NCBI GenBank assembly: GCA_964599475.1
Contig: CAZRFU010000001.1
Coordinates: 33,828 to 97,827, forward strand
Source of the DNA: an uncultured Thermoanaerobaculia bacterium
GTDB lineage: Bacteria; Acidobacteriota; Thermoanaerobaculia; Multivoradales; CAZRFU01
Reading direction: 5' to 3'
DNA length: 64,000 nt
The notes beneath the pieces were generated by a model, which saw only the letters and a program-made list of their open reading frames with translations, had not been told where the DNA came from and ran no database searches. The first letter of the stretch is position 1; the number at the start of each line of letters is the position of its first letter. Positions 1 through 10,798 of the stretch are shown here, one piece after another. The position numbers and the translations under genes are program-made.

Positions 1-348
1 ACACCGGCGAATCAGTGGCACGAGCTCGGTGCCCTGATCGCCGGCACCACTGCGGCAAGTGAAGGGTGGTCCGTGACCTATCTCGGCGCCAACCTGCCTG
101 CGGTCGACATCGCGCTGGCTGCGCGTCGAATCGAGGCCAAGGCGATCGCGCTCAGCGTGACCCATCCGGAGGATGATCCCGGGTTGCCGGCCGAGCTTCG
201 GCGGTTGCGGGTCTTGATTGGCGCGGATGTCGTCCTCCTCGTCGGTGGGCGGGCCGTCGATGCGTACCGTGACGCTCTCGACGAGGTCCAAGCTCGGCGG
301 ATCGGCGACCTCGATCAACTGCGGCGGGAACTGGCGGGGCTGGCCTGA
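1..348 (+). CDS. 3' fragment of a cobalamin (B12)-binding-domain protein; the start lies upstream of the window
   Basis: The frame is open from base 1 to the stop at 346-348. The C-terminal sequence (VDIALAARRIEAKAIALSVTHPEDDPG...VVLLVGGRAV) resembles the Rossmann-like B12-binding module of MerR/CarH-type or methyltransferase-associated proteins. Confidence 0.4.
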   Translation, partial: TPANQWHELGALIAGTTAASEGWSVTYLGANLPAVDIALAARRIEAKAIALSVTHPEDDPGLPAELRRLRVLIGADVVLLVGGRAVDAYRDALDEVQARRIGDLDQLRRELAGLA

Positions 349-351
349 CGA

Positions 352-395
352 GGTACCGGCTACCAGGTACCGGTACTCCTCAGATCCCCGATCCA
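352..395. repeat. Short array of GGTACC/GATCCCC-type tandem units
   Basis: The sequence is ggtaccggctaccaggtaccggtac...gatccccgatcc. It belongs to the window-wide repeat family. Confidence 0.6.
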
Positions 396-406
396 CGGGG
401 CAGTAA

Positions 407-2461
<2,055 letters not shown>

Positions 2462-2465
2462 AGAA

Positions 2466-2495
2466 AGTCCCCGAGCCTGGCCGGGCTCGGGGACT
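2466..2495. terminator. Perfect 12-bp-stem hairpin between the convergent ligA and peptidase genes (possible bidirectional terminator)
   Basis: The arms are agtccccgagcc / ggctcggggact with a 6-nt loop. It sits between two convergent stop codons. There is no strong U-tract, as expected in a GC-rich genome. Confidence 0.4.
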
Positions 2496-2523
2496 GATGC
2501 GAAGGGAGTCGCAAGAACGGGTC

Positions 2524-3984
2524 TCAGGGAACCGTTGCGCTCCAGGCGGAGGTGTCGCCGCCTTCGAAGCCGTCACTGAAGATCACCAGGAGGATCCAGC
2601 CGATGTCGCGGAACTGCTCGAGCGTCAGATCGACGTCGTCGGTGAGCGCCGGGGTGATTGCGGGTTCCATCAGCAGACTGGGCGTGGCTGCCGGGCTCCA
2701 GTGTGAGATCGACGAGCCGGTCTGCAGCGGGTTCGGCGCGTTGAGGCGCAGGAAGCCGCCGTTGATGCCGGCCTGTTCGGTCGCCGAGTAGCCCAATGTG
2801 GCGTCGACGCCACCGCCGAGCTCGGCCTTGATCGAGTTTCCGAGGGCTTGGGTGATGCCATACGACGGAATCGTGATGGTCGGGTCGGCACCACCCATGG
2901 GCGGCAGGCCGGCCTGGTTGTTGGCCACGAGCACGCCGATGGCCCCAACCGCCTGGGCGTTGGCGACCTTCACCGAGAAGTTGCACACGCCGCGGTCCAC
3001 CAGCGCAATGTTGCCGGCGATGGCGCCGCCGTTCACGAAGGCCTGGCAGCCGTCGGTTGCCGTGCCTCCCGATCCGGAGGTGTCGTTGTCGTCGGCGAGG
3101 ACCACGTTATCGGTGGTCCCGCCGGGTTCCGGTGGAGCCGGACCGAAGGCGGCAATCTGCGCGTCGTACTCGCCCTGGATCGAGACCGGGCTGTTGATGA
3201 TGGCCTTCGAGGTCGGGTCCATCAGCAGCAGGGCTGCTGCGGTGGCGTTCGGACCGGTCCACACGACATCGGGATCGTTGATCGCCGACGCAATTCGCTG
3301 AGTGTTGTCCATGGCGTTCCAGTCCATGCCAACCTCGAGGTCCCGGGTGAAGGTGCTGTAGACGTCGGGAAAGCCGTTGGCGAGGGTCCCGGTGGCCTCG
3401 TTGACGAAGTTGGCGAAGCCGAGACCGTGGCCGTACTCGTGCAGCATGACTGCCAGCAAGTCGGTTTGGGCACCTTCGTTGTGGTCGTAGCCGTAGTACC
3501 AGCCGTTGCCGCCGAGGCAGTTGGGGTCCGCATCGAGATTGATGTTGAACTGTGTGGTCACATCTGGATTGGGAACGTCGAGGTCGACCCCTGCGATCGA
3601 GTTCGCCAGGGCCCCGTGGTACCACGTGCCGGCGAGGGGCGCATTGACGAAATCGCGGGATGCCGTCGCGGCGCCGGCAGAAGCCAGAACTGCACTGGTA
3701 GCGTCACAGAACTGACTGGCGGTCTGCGCACGGATCGTGATCGGCACGTCGCTGTCGAGGTTGCGAGCCCAGATTTCGGCGGCGCGCTGGAGCACGTTGA
3801 GGCGTTGTTGCCCGAGCGTGGTGCCGGGATTGCCGGCAATGGGGGCTCGTGGCGCCGGATCGTTCAGCCCCGTCCCGGCCGGATCGTTGTTGATGATCAC
3901 CACCGTCGCCCCAAAGGACGCCGAAGCGGCGAGGATGGTGCCTGCGGCGACGGCTGCGAGTGAGCGCACCGTGTTACTGGTCAT
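2524..3984 (-). CDS. Secreted zinc metallopeptidase (HEXXH) with a PA (protease-associated) domain
   Basis: It has an N-terminal signal peptide (MTSNTVRSLAAVAAGTILAASASFG). A PA-like segment is present (GAIAGNIALVDRGVCNFSVKVANAQAVGAIGVLVANNQ). The motif MLHEYGHGLGF supplies HEXXH with a downstream Glu. The peptidase family is not resolved. Confidence 0.6.
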   Translation of the reverse strand: MTSNTVRSLAAVAAGTILAASASFGATVVIINNDPAGTGLNDPAPRAPIAGNPGTTLGQQRLNVLQRAAEIWARNLDSDVPITIRAQTASQFCDATSAVLASAGAATASRDFVNAPLAGTWYHGALANSIAGVDLDVPNPDVTTQFNINLDADPNCLGGNGWYYGYDHNEGAQTDLLAVMLHEYGHGLGFANFVNEATGTLANGFPDVYSTFTRDLEVGMDWNAMDNTQRIASAINDPDVVWTGPNATAAALLLMDPTSKAIINSPVSIQGEYDAQIAAFGPAPPEPGGTTDNVVLADDNDTSGSGGTATDGCQAFVNGGAIAGNIALVDRGVCNFSVKVANAQAVGAIGVLVANNQAGLPPMGGADPTITIPSYGITQALGNSIKAELGGGVDATLGYSATEQAGINGGFLRLNAPNPLQTGSSISHWSPAATPSLLMEPAITPALTDDVDLTLEQFRDIGWILLVIFSDGFEGGDTSAWSATVP

Positions 3985-4366
3985 CCCGGGCCTCCACAGC
4001 GGGAGCTTCGCTCCCGAGGATCAAATTGGCGAGGGTGTGGCTGTCAGGTGTGCACTGGTGGGCAACGGCACCTGATTGGCTCTTGCGAGCGATCGAGTAG
4101 CTGTGGAATCGCTCATCGAGCTGAAGATTGACGCTGCCGTCGGAGAAGGTGGTCTCGACGAGCCCCTCGGTGTGCTGGCTCGTGCGCTTCACGTAGGGTT
4201 CGATGCGCGCCCACTCTTCCGGCGTCGGGGCACGCAATTCACCGGTCTCGGCGTCACGCACGGCGACGAGGGGAGCGGCATTCGGAACGTCTGCGGACAG
4301 CTTTCGGACCTGAGTCACGACGCGGTCAGGCAGGGCTTCCTCGGAGTGGGCAGGGATCGCAGCCAA
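3974..4366 (-). CDS. Hypothetical protein
   Basis: This 130-aa ORF is on the same strand between the L7/L12-like gene and the peptidase, overlapping the peptidase start by 11 nt. The in-frame upstream codons encode a signal-peptide-like stretch (TTVLLLAALAALAAIPA) but no canonical start codon, so the true start is uncertain. Confidence 0.3.
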   Translation of the reverse strand: MAAIPAHSEEALPDRVVTQVRKLSADVPNAAPLVAVRDAETGELRAPTPEEWARIEPYVKRTSQHTEGLVETTFSDGSVNLQLDERFHSYSIARKSQSGAVAHQCTPDSHTLANLILGSEAPAVEARDDQ

Positions 4367-4432
4367 GGCGGCTAGCGCTGCCAGCAGTAAAACGGTTGTT
4401 CCGGTGGTTGGTCGGGCGCCGAGGACTGAGTG

Positions 4433-4873
4433 TCAGAGCAGGATGGTCGTCGCGTTCGCGATCACCCCGATCCCGATCAAGAGGACCCCGAAGCAACCCT
4501 GGGAGGTCTTGACCGCAGGCCCCGAAGGTGGCGGTTGCCGCGTCTCGAAGGCCTCGACGGCAGCCTTGGACTCGGCGAGACCGAGGCCTGTGGCCTCGCG
4601 GTAGCGCTTGATCGCCTCGATCTTGTTGCCTGAGCCCACCAACCGGGCAACTTCCTCCATCAGCACTGGGTCGCCGATCCCGAGCGCGCCCATGCTGGTA
4701 GCGGGTGGGTTCGGCGCCTCGGCAGGCGCAAACTCGGCCGATTCGACCGCGGCCTTCGCCTCGGCGAGGCCGCTGCCCGTCACCTCTCGGTAGGCCTTGA
4801 TCGCCTCGATCTTCCTACCCTCGCGAAGCAATGACTCGATCCGGCGCCGGCCATCGGGAGTGAGGTTCGTCAT
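4433..4873 (-). CDS. Small membrane-anchored protein with two tandem ribosomal L7/L12 C-terminal-like repeats
   Basis: The start is ATG at 4873 (MTNLTPDG...). The two repeats are RKIEAIKAYREVTGSGLAEAKAAVE and NKIEAIKRYREATGLGLAESKAAVE. Both resemble the L7/L12 CTD consensus (KIxVIKxVRxxTGLGLKEAKxLVE). A C-terminal hydrophobic helix (GCFGVLLIGIGVIANATTILL) follows. Confidence 0.5.
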   Translation of the reverse strand: MTNLTPDGRRRIESLLREGRKIEAIKAYREVTGSGLAEAKAAVESAEFAPAEAPNPPATSMGALGIGDPVLMEEVARLVGSGNKIEAIKRYREATGLGLAESKAAVEAFETRQPPPSGPAVKTSQGCFGVLLIGIGVIANATTILL

Positions 4874-4960
4874 CGGGGTGGCGTCTCCTGCGAGAATGGT
4901 AGCAGTTGCGCTGTGCCCCTTCGGCTGACCCCGGGATCGTCTGGGCGCCCGATCGAGTGG

Positions 4961-5872
4961 ATGGCGAGAGAGGATTCGAACATGGTTTCGGCACTTTTCG
5001 ACCCGGCCCGGTGGAGGGCCGTCGAGGGATTCGGGTTTCGCGACATCACCTATCACCGCGCGGTCGACCAGGGGACCGTGCGGATCGCCTTCGACCGGCC
5101 GGAGGTGCGCAATGCGTTTCGGCCTCAAACGGTCGACGAGCTGGCGACCGCACTCGATCACGCCCGGCAGTCGAGCGACGTTGGATGTGTCCTGCTCACC
5201 GGCAACGGCCCTTCACCCAAGGATGGTGGGTGGGCGTTCTGTTCCGGCGGCGACCAGCGCATCCGCGGCGCCGACGGCTACAAGTACGAGGACGCCGGCG
5301 GAGTGGATCCCGCGCGGCTCGGGCGCCTGCACATTCTCGAGTGTCAGCGGCTGATCCGGTTCATGCCCAAAGTGGTGATCGCCGTGGTGCCGGGGTGGGC
5401 CGCCGGTGGGGGGCACAGCCTCCATGTGGTCGCCGATCTGACCCTCGCGAGCCGCGAGCACGCGGTGTTCAAGCAGACCGACGCCGACGTCGCGAGTTTC
5501 GACTCGGGCTACGGGTCGGCCCTGTTGGCTCGCCAGGTGGGGCAGAAGCGCGCGCGGGAGATCTTCTTCCTCGGCTTCGATTACAGCGCCGAGGAGGCGG
5601 TGGCGATGGGCGCCGCCAACGCGGCCGTGCCTCACGCGGAGCTGGAGAAGGTGGCACTCGAGTGGGCGGCGGAGATCAACTCCAAGAGTCCCACGGCGAT
5701 CCGCATGCTCAAGTACGGTTTCAACCTCCCCGACGACGGACTGGTTGGTCAGCAGTTGTTTGCCGGCGAGGCGACCCGGCTGGCCTATGGGACCGAAGAG
5801 GCTCAGGAGGGGCGCGACGCGTTCGTGGAGAAGCGCCCGCGCGACTTCTCGCGCTTTCCCTGGCGCTACTAG
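4961..5872 (+). CDS. menB: 1,4-dihydroxy-2-naphthoyl-CoA synthase (MenB; crotonase family)
   Basis: The DITYHRAVDQGTVRIAFDRPEVRNAFRP block matches MenB, and a crotonase-fold oxyanion region is present (GGDQ...GGG). The start could be 4961 or 4982. Confidence 0.8.
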   Translation: MAREDSNMVSALFDPARWRAVEGFGFRDITYHRAVDQGTVRIAFDRPEVRNAFRPQTVDELATALDHARQSSDVGCVLLTGNGPSPKDGGWAFCSGGDQRIRGADGYKYEDAGGVDPARLGRLHILECQRLIRFMPKVVIAVVPGWAAGGGHSLHVVADLTLASREHAVFKQTDADVASFDSGYGSALLARQVGQKRAREIFFLGFDYSAEEAVAMGAANAAVPHAELEKVALEWAAEINSKSPTAIRMLKYGFNLPDDGLVGQQLFAGEATRLAYGTEEAQEGRDAFVEKRPRDFSRFPWRY

Positions 5873-5955
5873 CAGGCTGCTAGCAGTTCCCCATACACCC
5901 TCCGGTGCACCCCGGCCGATGAAAGCGGGCCGTACCCAGTACCCGGTACCAAACC
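5873..5955. repeat. Composite intergenic repeat: variant core hairpin element plus GTACCC tandem units
   Basis: The sequence is gctagcagttccccatacaccctccggtgcaccccggccgatgaaagc...gtacccagtacccggtacc. It is a divergent copy of the core at 14850 and 22968. Confidence 0.7.
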
Positions 5956-5964
5956 CCCCCCCTC

Positions 5965-7050
5965 TCAACCCCCGGCGCGCGGATCAGCGGTCTCGAGCCG
6001 TTGCTCGAGCTCCAGACCGAGGGCGTCGAGCGCTGCGAGCGACGTGGGCTCGGCGCCGCGCAACGGCATCTCGACCACTGGGTGGGCGTGGCCGAGGAGC
6101 TCCCGCAAGGTCGCGACACTTTCGGCGTCGCGCTCACCGAGCCAGCGCAGCAGTCGTCGTCCGGGGCTGTCGCCAGATCCCGGGCTCGTCTCGGGCGCAC
6201 GGGGGTGGACGCGGTTGACGACGACCGGGCCGAGATGGAGCTTGCTTTCGCCGAGCTTGCGGGCGAAGAACAAGGTGTCGGCGACGCGCTCCTCGCCCGG
6301 GCCCGACACCAGCGTGAATTGCGTCTCAGGCGCACGCAGCAGGGTCTCGACGTCGGCCGCGCGCTTGCGAAAGCCCTCGAACAGCGGGCCGAAGGCCTGG
6401 AAGAACTCCGCCATGTCGCGCAGCAGATCGAGCCCGACGGCGCGGTCGAAGAAGCCTTCGACGGATCGTCCGAGGAATCCCAGGCGCCTGGTCGCCGCCA
6501 GGTGGCCGTGCTCGTCGAACCAGGGCTTGAGGGCCACCTTGAGGGCCCCCGAGTCGAGGAAATCGACGATGCGACGCGGCGCCTCGAGGAAGTCCAGAGC
6601 TTGCCGAGTCGGCGGTGTGTCGAGCACGATCTGATCCCAGGTCCCCTCCGTCGACACTTCGAAGAGGCGTTCGACCGCCATGTACTCGAGGATTCCGGCG
6701 AGTGATCCGGCCAGGTGGTCGTAGAACCGATTGGAAAGAATGCGGTCGCGCGCCGCCTGGTTCGGGGCGTAGCGCTGCACCAGCCGGTCGAAGGTGCGGC
6801 GAGCGTCGAGCAAGCTGGCACTGAGGGTGCCCGGCGTCTCGACCGGGACCTCGACGACGTCGTCGCGGGCGGCCTCGCCGACGCCGAGAGCATCCTTGAG
6901 GCGCAGGGAGGGGTCGAACGTCATGACCAGGGTGCGCCGGCCGCGTGCCGCAGCTCGCAGGCCGATCGCCGCGGCGAGGGTGGTCTTGCCGACCCCTCCC
7001 GAGCCGACCACCACCCGCAAGCGGGCTTCGACCCGATTCCCGATGCTCAC
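5965..7050 (-). CDS. ArsA/GET3-family anion-transporting-type ATPase (paralogue 2)
   Basis: It has a P-loop (VVGSGGVGKTT) and a DTPPT switch-II-like motif. It is the downstream member of an overlapping gene pair. Confidence 0.75.
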   Translation of the reverse strand: MSIGNRVEARLRVVVGSGGVGKTTLAAAIGLRAAARGRRTLVMTFDPSLRLKDALGVGEAARDDVVEVPVETPGTLSASLLDARRTFDRLVQRYAPNQAARDRILSNRFYDHLAGSLAGILEYMAVERLFEVSTEGTWDQIVLDTPPTRQALDFLEAPRRIVDFLDSGALKVALKPWFDEHGHLAATRRLGFLGRSVEGFFDRAVGLDLLRDMAEFFQAFGPLFEGFRKRAADVETLLRAPETQFTLVSGPGEERVADTLFFARKLGESKLHLGPVVVNRVHPRAPETSPGSGDSPGRRLLRWLGERDAESVATLRELLGHAHPVVEMPLRGAEPTSLAALDALGLELEQRLETADPRAGG

Positions 7051-7946
7051 GGCTCACCGGATCGACGCCAGGCATCGACGAGTTGCTCGACCAACTCGGG
7101 ACCGCGACGTGCTGCGACGAACGGAAGGGTGACGAGGGGCGCGGTCAGAGCCGCCGACAGACGCAAGAGCTCGCGCTCGTTCACCGCACGGCGCTCCCTC
7201 CACAAGGCCAGCAGCGGGTCTGCCGCTGCGTCACGATGCTCGAGAGCGCTCAGGGTGGGGTAGAGGGCGTTGGCGATCACCCCCTCGGCGTCACGGCCGA
7301 GCTCCGAGCGCAAGGCTTCGAGCAGCTCGAAGGCCTCTTGGACCGGCATCTCCTCGGCCGTGGTGACGACCATCACGCCGCAGCGCCGCGAGTCTGCGGC
7401 GAAGGAGGCGAGCTCCTCTCCCATCCTTCCGATCGGCCCTCCCTTGATCACCTCCGAAACCACGATCGGGGCGCGCAGCAGCGACAAGCCGTGTCCGGTG
7501 GCGGGAGCATCGAGGATGACGATGTCCGCCACTTTGCGCCGCACCGCGTCGAGCGCGTGGCCGAAGACGGCGAGCTCCTTGAGGCCCGGAGCGCCTTCTG
7601 CGAAGTGCTGGTACACCGGGCTGGCGAGCACTCTCCGAGCGAGCATCTCCACCTTGACTTGCTGCAGGACCAGGCGATCGAGGACATCGCGAGGCTTGAG
7701 GCTCTGGAGCCGAAGGTTGCCGCCGGCCGGCACGACATCCCCGCCGGAAGGGGCGATCCCCAGCATCTGGTGGGCGTTCTCGCGCGGATCGACCTCGATC
7801 ACCAGGGTGCGCTTGCCGGTCCCTGCCAACAGGCGGCCGAGAACCACCGCCATCGCTGTCTTGCCCACGCCACCTTTGCCGGTGACGACCAGCAACTCTC
7901 GCTGGCTACACCGCTCCAACACCTCGCGCGCCGGATCCCCACTCAT
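7047..7946 (-). CDS. ArsA/GET3-family ATPase (paralogue 1)
   Basis: The start is ATG at 7946 (MSGDPAREV...). The P-loop is VVTGKGGVGKT and the ArsA signature is DAPATGH. It overlaps the next gene by 4 nt. The longer ORF upstream of this start runs into the repeat and was rejected. Confidence 0.75.
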   Translation of the reverse strand: MSGDPAREVLERCSQRELLVVTGKGGVGKTAMAVVLGRLLAGTGKRTLVIEVDPRENAHQMLGIAPSGGDVVPAGGNLRLQSLKPRDVLDRLVLQQVKVEMLARRVLASPVYQHFAEGAPGLKELAVFGHALDAVRRKVADIVILDAPATGHGLSLLRAPIVVSEVIKGGPIGRMGEELASFAADSRRCGVMVVTTAEEMPVQEAFELLEALRSELGRDAEGVIANALYPTLSALEHRDAAADPLLALWRERRAVNERELLRLSAALTAPLVTLPFVAARRGPELVEQLVDAWRRSGEP

Positions 7947-8027
7947 TTGCCGGATTGTAGCTGGGCGAGCCCAGGCGCTGGGGGGCGATGCTGCCGGCGC
8001 CGGCCACCAGTCCCTTCCCTGAGAAGT

Positions 8028-8112
8028 TGCCCATGCAGCCCTCCGTGGTGCACCCCGGAGGATGAAAATCCGGTCTTCAGTACCCGGTACCTGGTACCCG
8101 GTACCCATTTTC
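8028..8112. repeat. Composite intergenic repeat: core hairpin element, (GGTACC)n tandem, and CCCATTTTCTGAGCAGG terminus
   Basis: The sequence is ccatgcagccctccgtggtgcaccccggaggatgaaaatc, then tacccggtacctggtacccggtacc, then cattttctgagcagg. Confidence 0.8.
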
Positions 8113-8161
8113 TGAGCAGGCACTCGGCCCCGCAGACGAGGTCCCACACAGGGGCGCCGGT

Positions 8162-8593
8162 TCACTCCTGAACGGGCGCCTGCTTGGGGTCCGCGCAGTT
8201 GTCGCGGATGGTCTCCATCATGTCGTTGAACGAGGCTTCGACCTCTTTGAGATAGGCGTCGGCCTGCCTCACGGTCAACGTGCGGTCGAAGTTGCCGTCG
8301 GCGACATCGTCGAGTGCCCGGCGCACGGCGATCCACGGGCCGGCGAGCCGATGGGTGGTGAAGACCCCGAGGCCAAACACTGCCAGCAGCAGCAGGGAGG
8401 TCTGCACCACGAGGATCTGGGTCATTTCGCTCAAGACCTCAGGGGCGAGCGAGTCGGCGAGAAGAAGGTAGGTACTGCTCGAGGCGACCAGGACCGCGGC
8501 CACGGTGACACCCATCCAGAGTCCCGCAAATCGTCCAATCAAGGGGAGAGTCTGCTTGACGCCACTTCCACGTCGTCGCTTGCGCGTAGCCAT
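8162..8593 (-). CDS. Small two-TM protein with a stand-alone HAMP domain
   Basis: The start is ATG at 8593 (MATRKRRRG...). Two hydrophobic helices are followed by a HAMP-like segment (RLAGPWIAVRRALDDVADGNFDRTLTV). The 536-aa ORF in the track is mostly a low-complexity artefact. Confidence 0.5.
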   Translation of the reverse strand: MATRKRRRGSGVKQTLPLIGRFAGLWMGVTVAAVLVASSSTYLLLADSLAPEVLSEMTQILVVQTSLLLLAVFGLGVFTTHRLAGPWIAVRRALDDVADGNFDRTLTVRQADAYLKEVEASFNDMMETIRDNCADPKQAPVQE

Positions 8594-8704
8594 CGATTGT
8601 TCCTCCGGTTCACCACGGATGGTATCAGGAGCTCGTCTGCGAGCGCGTTCGGTGAGCGTGAATGGTATCGTGCCGGTCTTGTTGACCAGGGGCGAGGAGT
8701 CCGG

Positions 8705-9949
8705 ATGACCGTCCGCCGCACGAGGGCACTTGCGGTGCTGGCGGCGCTCTACTTCGTCCAGGGGCTGCCGTACGGCTTCCAGGTCACCGCGCTCCCGGCC
8801 TACCTGCGCAGCGCCGGTGTTTCGCTCGCGGCGATCGGGCTCGCGAGTCTGTTGTCTCTGCCCTGGGTGCTCAAGTTGGCTGCCGGCCCGTTGGTCGACC
8901 GTTTCGGTTCCCCGCGGTGGGGACGGCGGAGATCGTGGATATTGCCACTGCAGCTCCTGCTCGCCTCGGCCTGCGCGTGGGGCGCCTGGTCGGTCGAGGG
9001 CGCCGACCTCACCCTGCGGCCGCTGCTCCTGGCGGTGTTCGCGGCGAACCTCTGCGCCGCGATCATGGATGTCGCAGTCGACGCATTGGCCGTCGACGTG
9101 CTCGAGCCAGCGGAGCTCGGCTACGGGAACATCGCGCAGGTGGTTGGCTACAAGCTCGGCATGTTGGTCGGCGGAGGGCTGTTGGTGTCGAGCAGCGAGG
9201 CGTTCGGCTTCGGCCTTTCGGGAGTGTTTCTCGGTATGGCGGTGCTCGTGGTAGCCATCGCCCTCGGCGCCCTGGCGGTCCCGGAGCGAGCGATGGTGGG
9301 CCGGGCAGTGGTGCCGTCCCCGAGCCCGATCAGCGTGGGTGAGGTCACCAGGAGCTTGTTGCGAGCGATTCGCGCACCAGGCGGGCTCTGGTTGGTCGCA
9401 TTCGTCGCAACCTACAAGTTGGGCGAGACGATCGCCGACACCATGTTCAAGCCTTTCCTGATCGACGCCGGCTATACGGCCGCCGAGGTCGGATTCTGGC
9501 TCGGCACATTCGGGTTGGCGTGGTCCATGATCGGATCGATTGCGGGTGGCGTCCTGGCGTCTCGAGTCGGGCCGCTGGCGGCGGTCGGGTGGACGGCGGC
9601 GCTGCGGGCGGCGGCAGTGGGGGGGGAGTGGTGGTTGACGACCATCGATCATCCCGCTGCGGCCGGCCTGGCGGCCGTCGTCGCAGCGGAACAGCTCTTC
9701 GGCGGGGCTTTGACGACGGCCCTGTTTGCTCTGATGATGATGCGGGTCGACCGGAGGATCGGTGCTACCCACTACACCTTCCTCGCGACTGTCGAGGTCG
9801 CCGGCAAGCTCCTGGCAGCCCAGGTCTCGGGCTTCGCTGCCGAGGACCTCGGCTATGCTGGGGCCTTCGCTCTGGCGACGGTGCTGGCGATGGCCTTCCT
9901 GGTACTGTTGATCCCGGTCCGATCGACCCCCCGCGAGGACGTCAGATGA
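8705..9949 (+). CDS. MFS transporter (AmpG/LplT-like permease)
   Basis: The start is ATG at 8705 ([25 protein letters not shown]...). It has 12 or more predicted TM helices, and the YFxQGLPxG block is typical of the AmpG/PAT subfamily. Confidence 0.65.
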   Translation: MTVRRTRALAVLAALYFVQGLPYGFQVTALPAYLRSAGVSLAAIGLASLLSLPWVLKLAAGPLVDRFGSPRWGRRRSWILPLQLLLASACAWGAWSVEGADLTLRPLLLAVFAANLCAAIMDVAVDALAVDVLEPAELGYGNIAQVVGYKLGMLVGGGLLVSSSEAFGFGLSGVFLGMAVLVVAIALGALAVPERAMVGRAVVPSPSPISVGEVTRSLLRAIRAPGGLWLVAFVATYKLGETIADTMFKPFLIDAGYTAAEVGFWLGTFGLAWSMIGSIAGGVLASRVGPLAAVGWTAALRAAAVGGEWWLTTIDHPAAAGLAAVVAAEQLFGGALTTALFALMMMRVDRRIGATHYTFLATVEVAGKLLAAQVSGFAAEDLGYAGAFALATVLAMAFLVLLIPVRSTPREDVR

Positions 9950-10740
9950 AGTCGACCCCGATCGTTCGCGACAATCGCGGCGCCTCGCACCTCGGGACCG
10001 TCGTGTGTCTTCACGGCCTGGGCGAGTCCGCGCTCTCCTTCGCGCCGCTGTTGGCGGACCCGCGGCTTCAAGGCTGGAGAGTCATCGCCGTCGATCTGCC
10101 GGGCTACGGGAGATCACCCGCTGCGGCGGACCATCGCGGCCTCCTCGACCACGTCGACAGCGTCGGATCGTGGCTGGCCGGGCAGGACATCGGGCCGGTG
10201 GTCCTGGTTGGCCACTCGATGGGTGGGGTCGTGGCGGTCGCCTGTGCCGAGCGATTCCCCGAGCTCATTCGGGCGATCTTCGATGTCGAGGGCAACGTTA
10301 CTCCGGATGACTGTGCCTACAGTGGTCCCATTTCCGCGATTCCGGAAGAGCGATGGCCGCTGCCCGGGCTCGCCAGCATTCGTGAACGCGTCTGGCGCGC
10401 TGCGCAGGACGACGAGGCTCACCGTCGCTACTTCGCGAGCCTGGCCTTCGCCGATCCGCTGGTCCTGCGCCGCGATGCGCTCGACCTGGTGGCGTGGTCT
10501 GCGCGGGGGGATCTCGCGTCGCGTCGAGCACGGCTGTCGCTACCGCTGGAGTACGTGGCGGGAGAGCCCGGCGGTGCCGGCGCCGCGTCGCGCGCCGCCC
10601 TCCAGACTGCCGGGGTGGAATGGTCGACGATCGCACCGGCGGGCCACTGGCCCTTCGTCGATCAGTACGACAGCTTCGTCGAGCGGCTCGTCGCGTTCCT
10701 GGAGCGGCTGGAGAAAGGGACTGAGGGACAAAGGGACTGA
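9946..10740 (+). CDS. Alpha/beta-fold hydrolase
   Basis: The start ATG overlaps the MFS stop (ATGA). It has an HGLGES oxyanion region and a GHSMGG nucleophile elbow. The last 10 or so codons lie inside a GGGAC-type tandem repeat. Confidence 0.7.
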   Translation: MKSTPIVRDNRGASHLGTVVCLHGLGESALSFAPLLADPRLQGWRVIAVDLPGYGRSPAAADHRGLLDHVDSVGSWLAGQDIGPVVLVGHSMGGVVAVACAERFPELIRAIFDVEGNVTPDDCAYSGPISAIPEERWPLPGLASIRERVWRAAQDDEAHRRYFASLAFADPLVLRRDALDLVAWSARGDLASRRARLSLPLEYVAGEPGGAGAASRAALQTAGVEWSTIAPAGHWPFVDQYDSFVERLVAFLERLEKGTEGQRD

Positions 10741-10773
10741 GGCGACGGGAACGAGGGACAACGGGACGGACGA
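10706..10773. repeat. Tandem 8-nt GGGACNNN repeat array overlapping the hydrolase 3' end
   Basis: The sequence is gggactga gggacaaa gggactga ggcgacgg gaacgagg gacaacgg gacggacg. It is the reverse-complement flavour of the GGTCCC arrays. Confidence 0.65.
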
Positions 10774-10798
10774 GTAACTAAGGCCCGTGTTGGGCGCC

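Noticed and set aside
3974-4366. Calling a signal peptide or secretion for the 130-aa hypothetical protein
   Set aside because: The hydrophobic stretch lies upstream of the only plausible TTG start and has no canonical start codon in frame after the preceding stop. This was left as uncertain rather than asserted.
5213-5968. Numerous 60-400-aa ORFs antisense to ligA, menB, clpB, lon, the kinase and others (for example 1112-1993, 5213-5968, 19573-22362, 54793-57477, 41324-44557)
   Set aside because: These are GC-skew artefacts. They are rich in Arg, Pro, Gly and Ala, lack motifs, and each lies fully inside a strongly supported gene on the opposite strand.
8162-9772. 536-aa minus-strand ORF
   Set aside because: Only the last 143 codons (two TM helices plus HAMP) look protein-like. 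The upstream 390 aa are His/Arg/Gln-rich nonsense, antisense to the well-supported MFS transporter gene.
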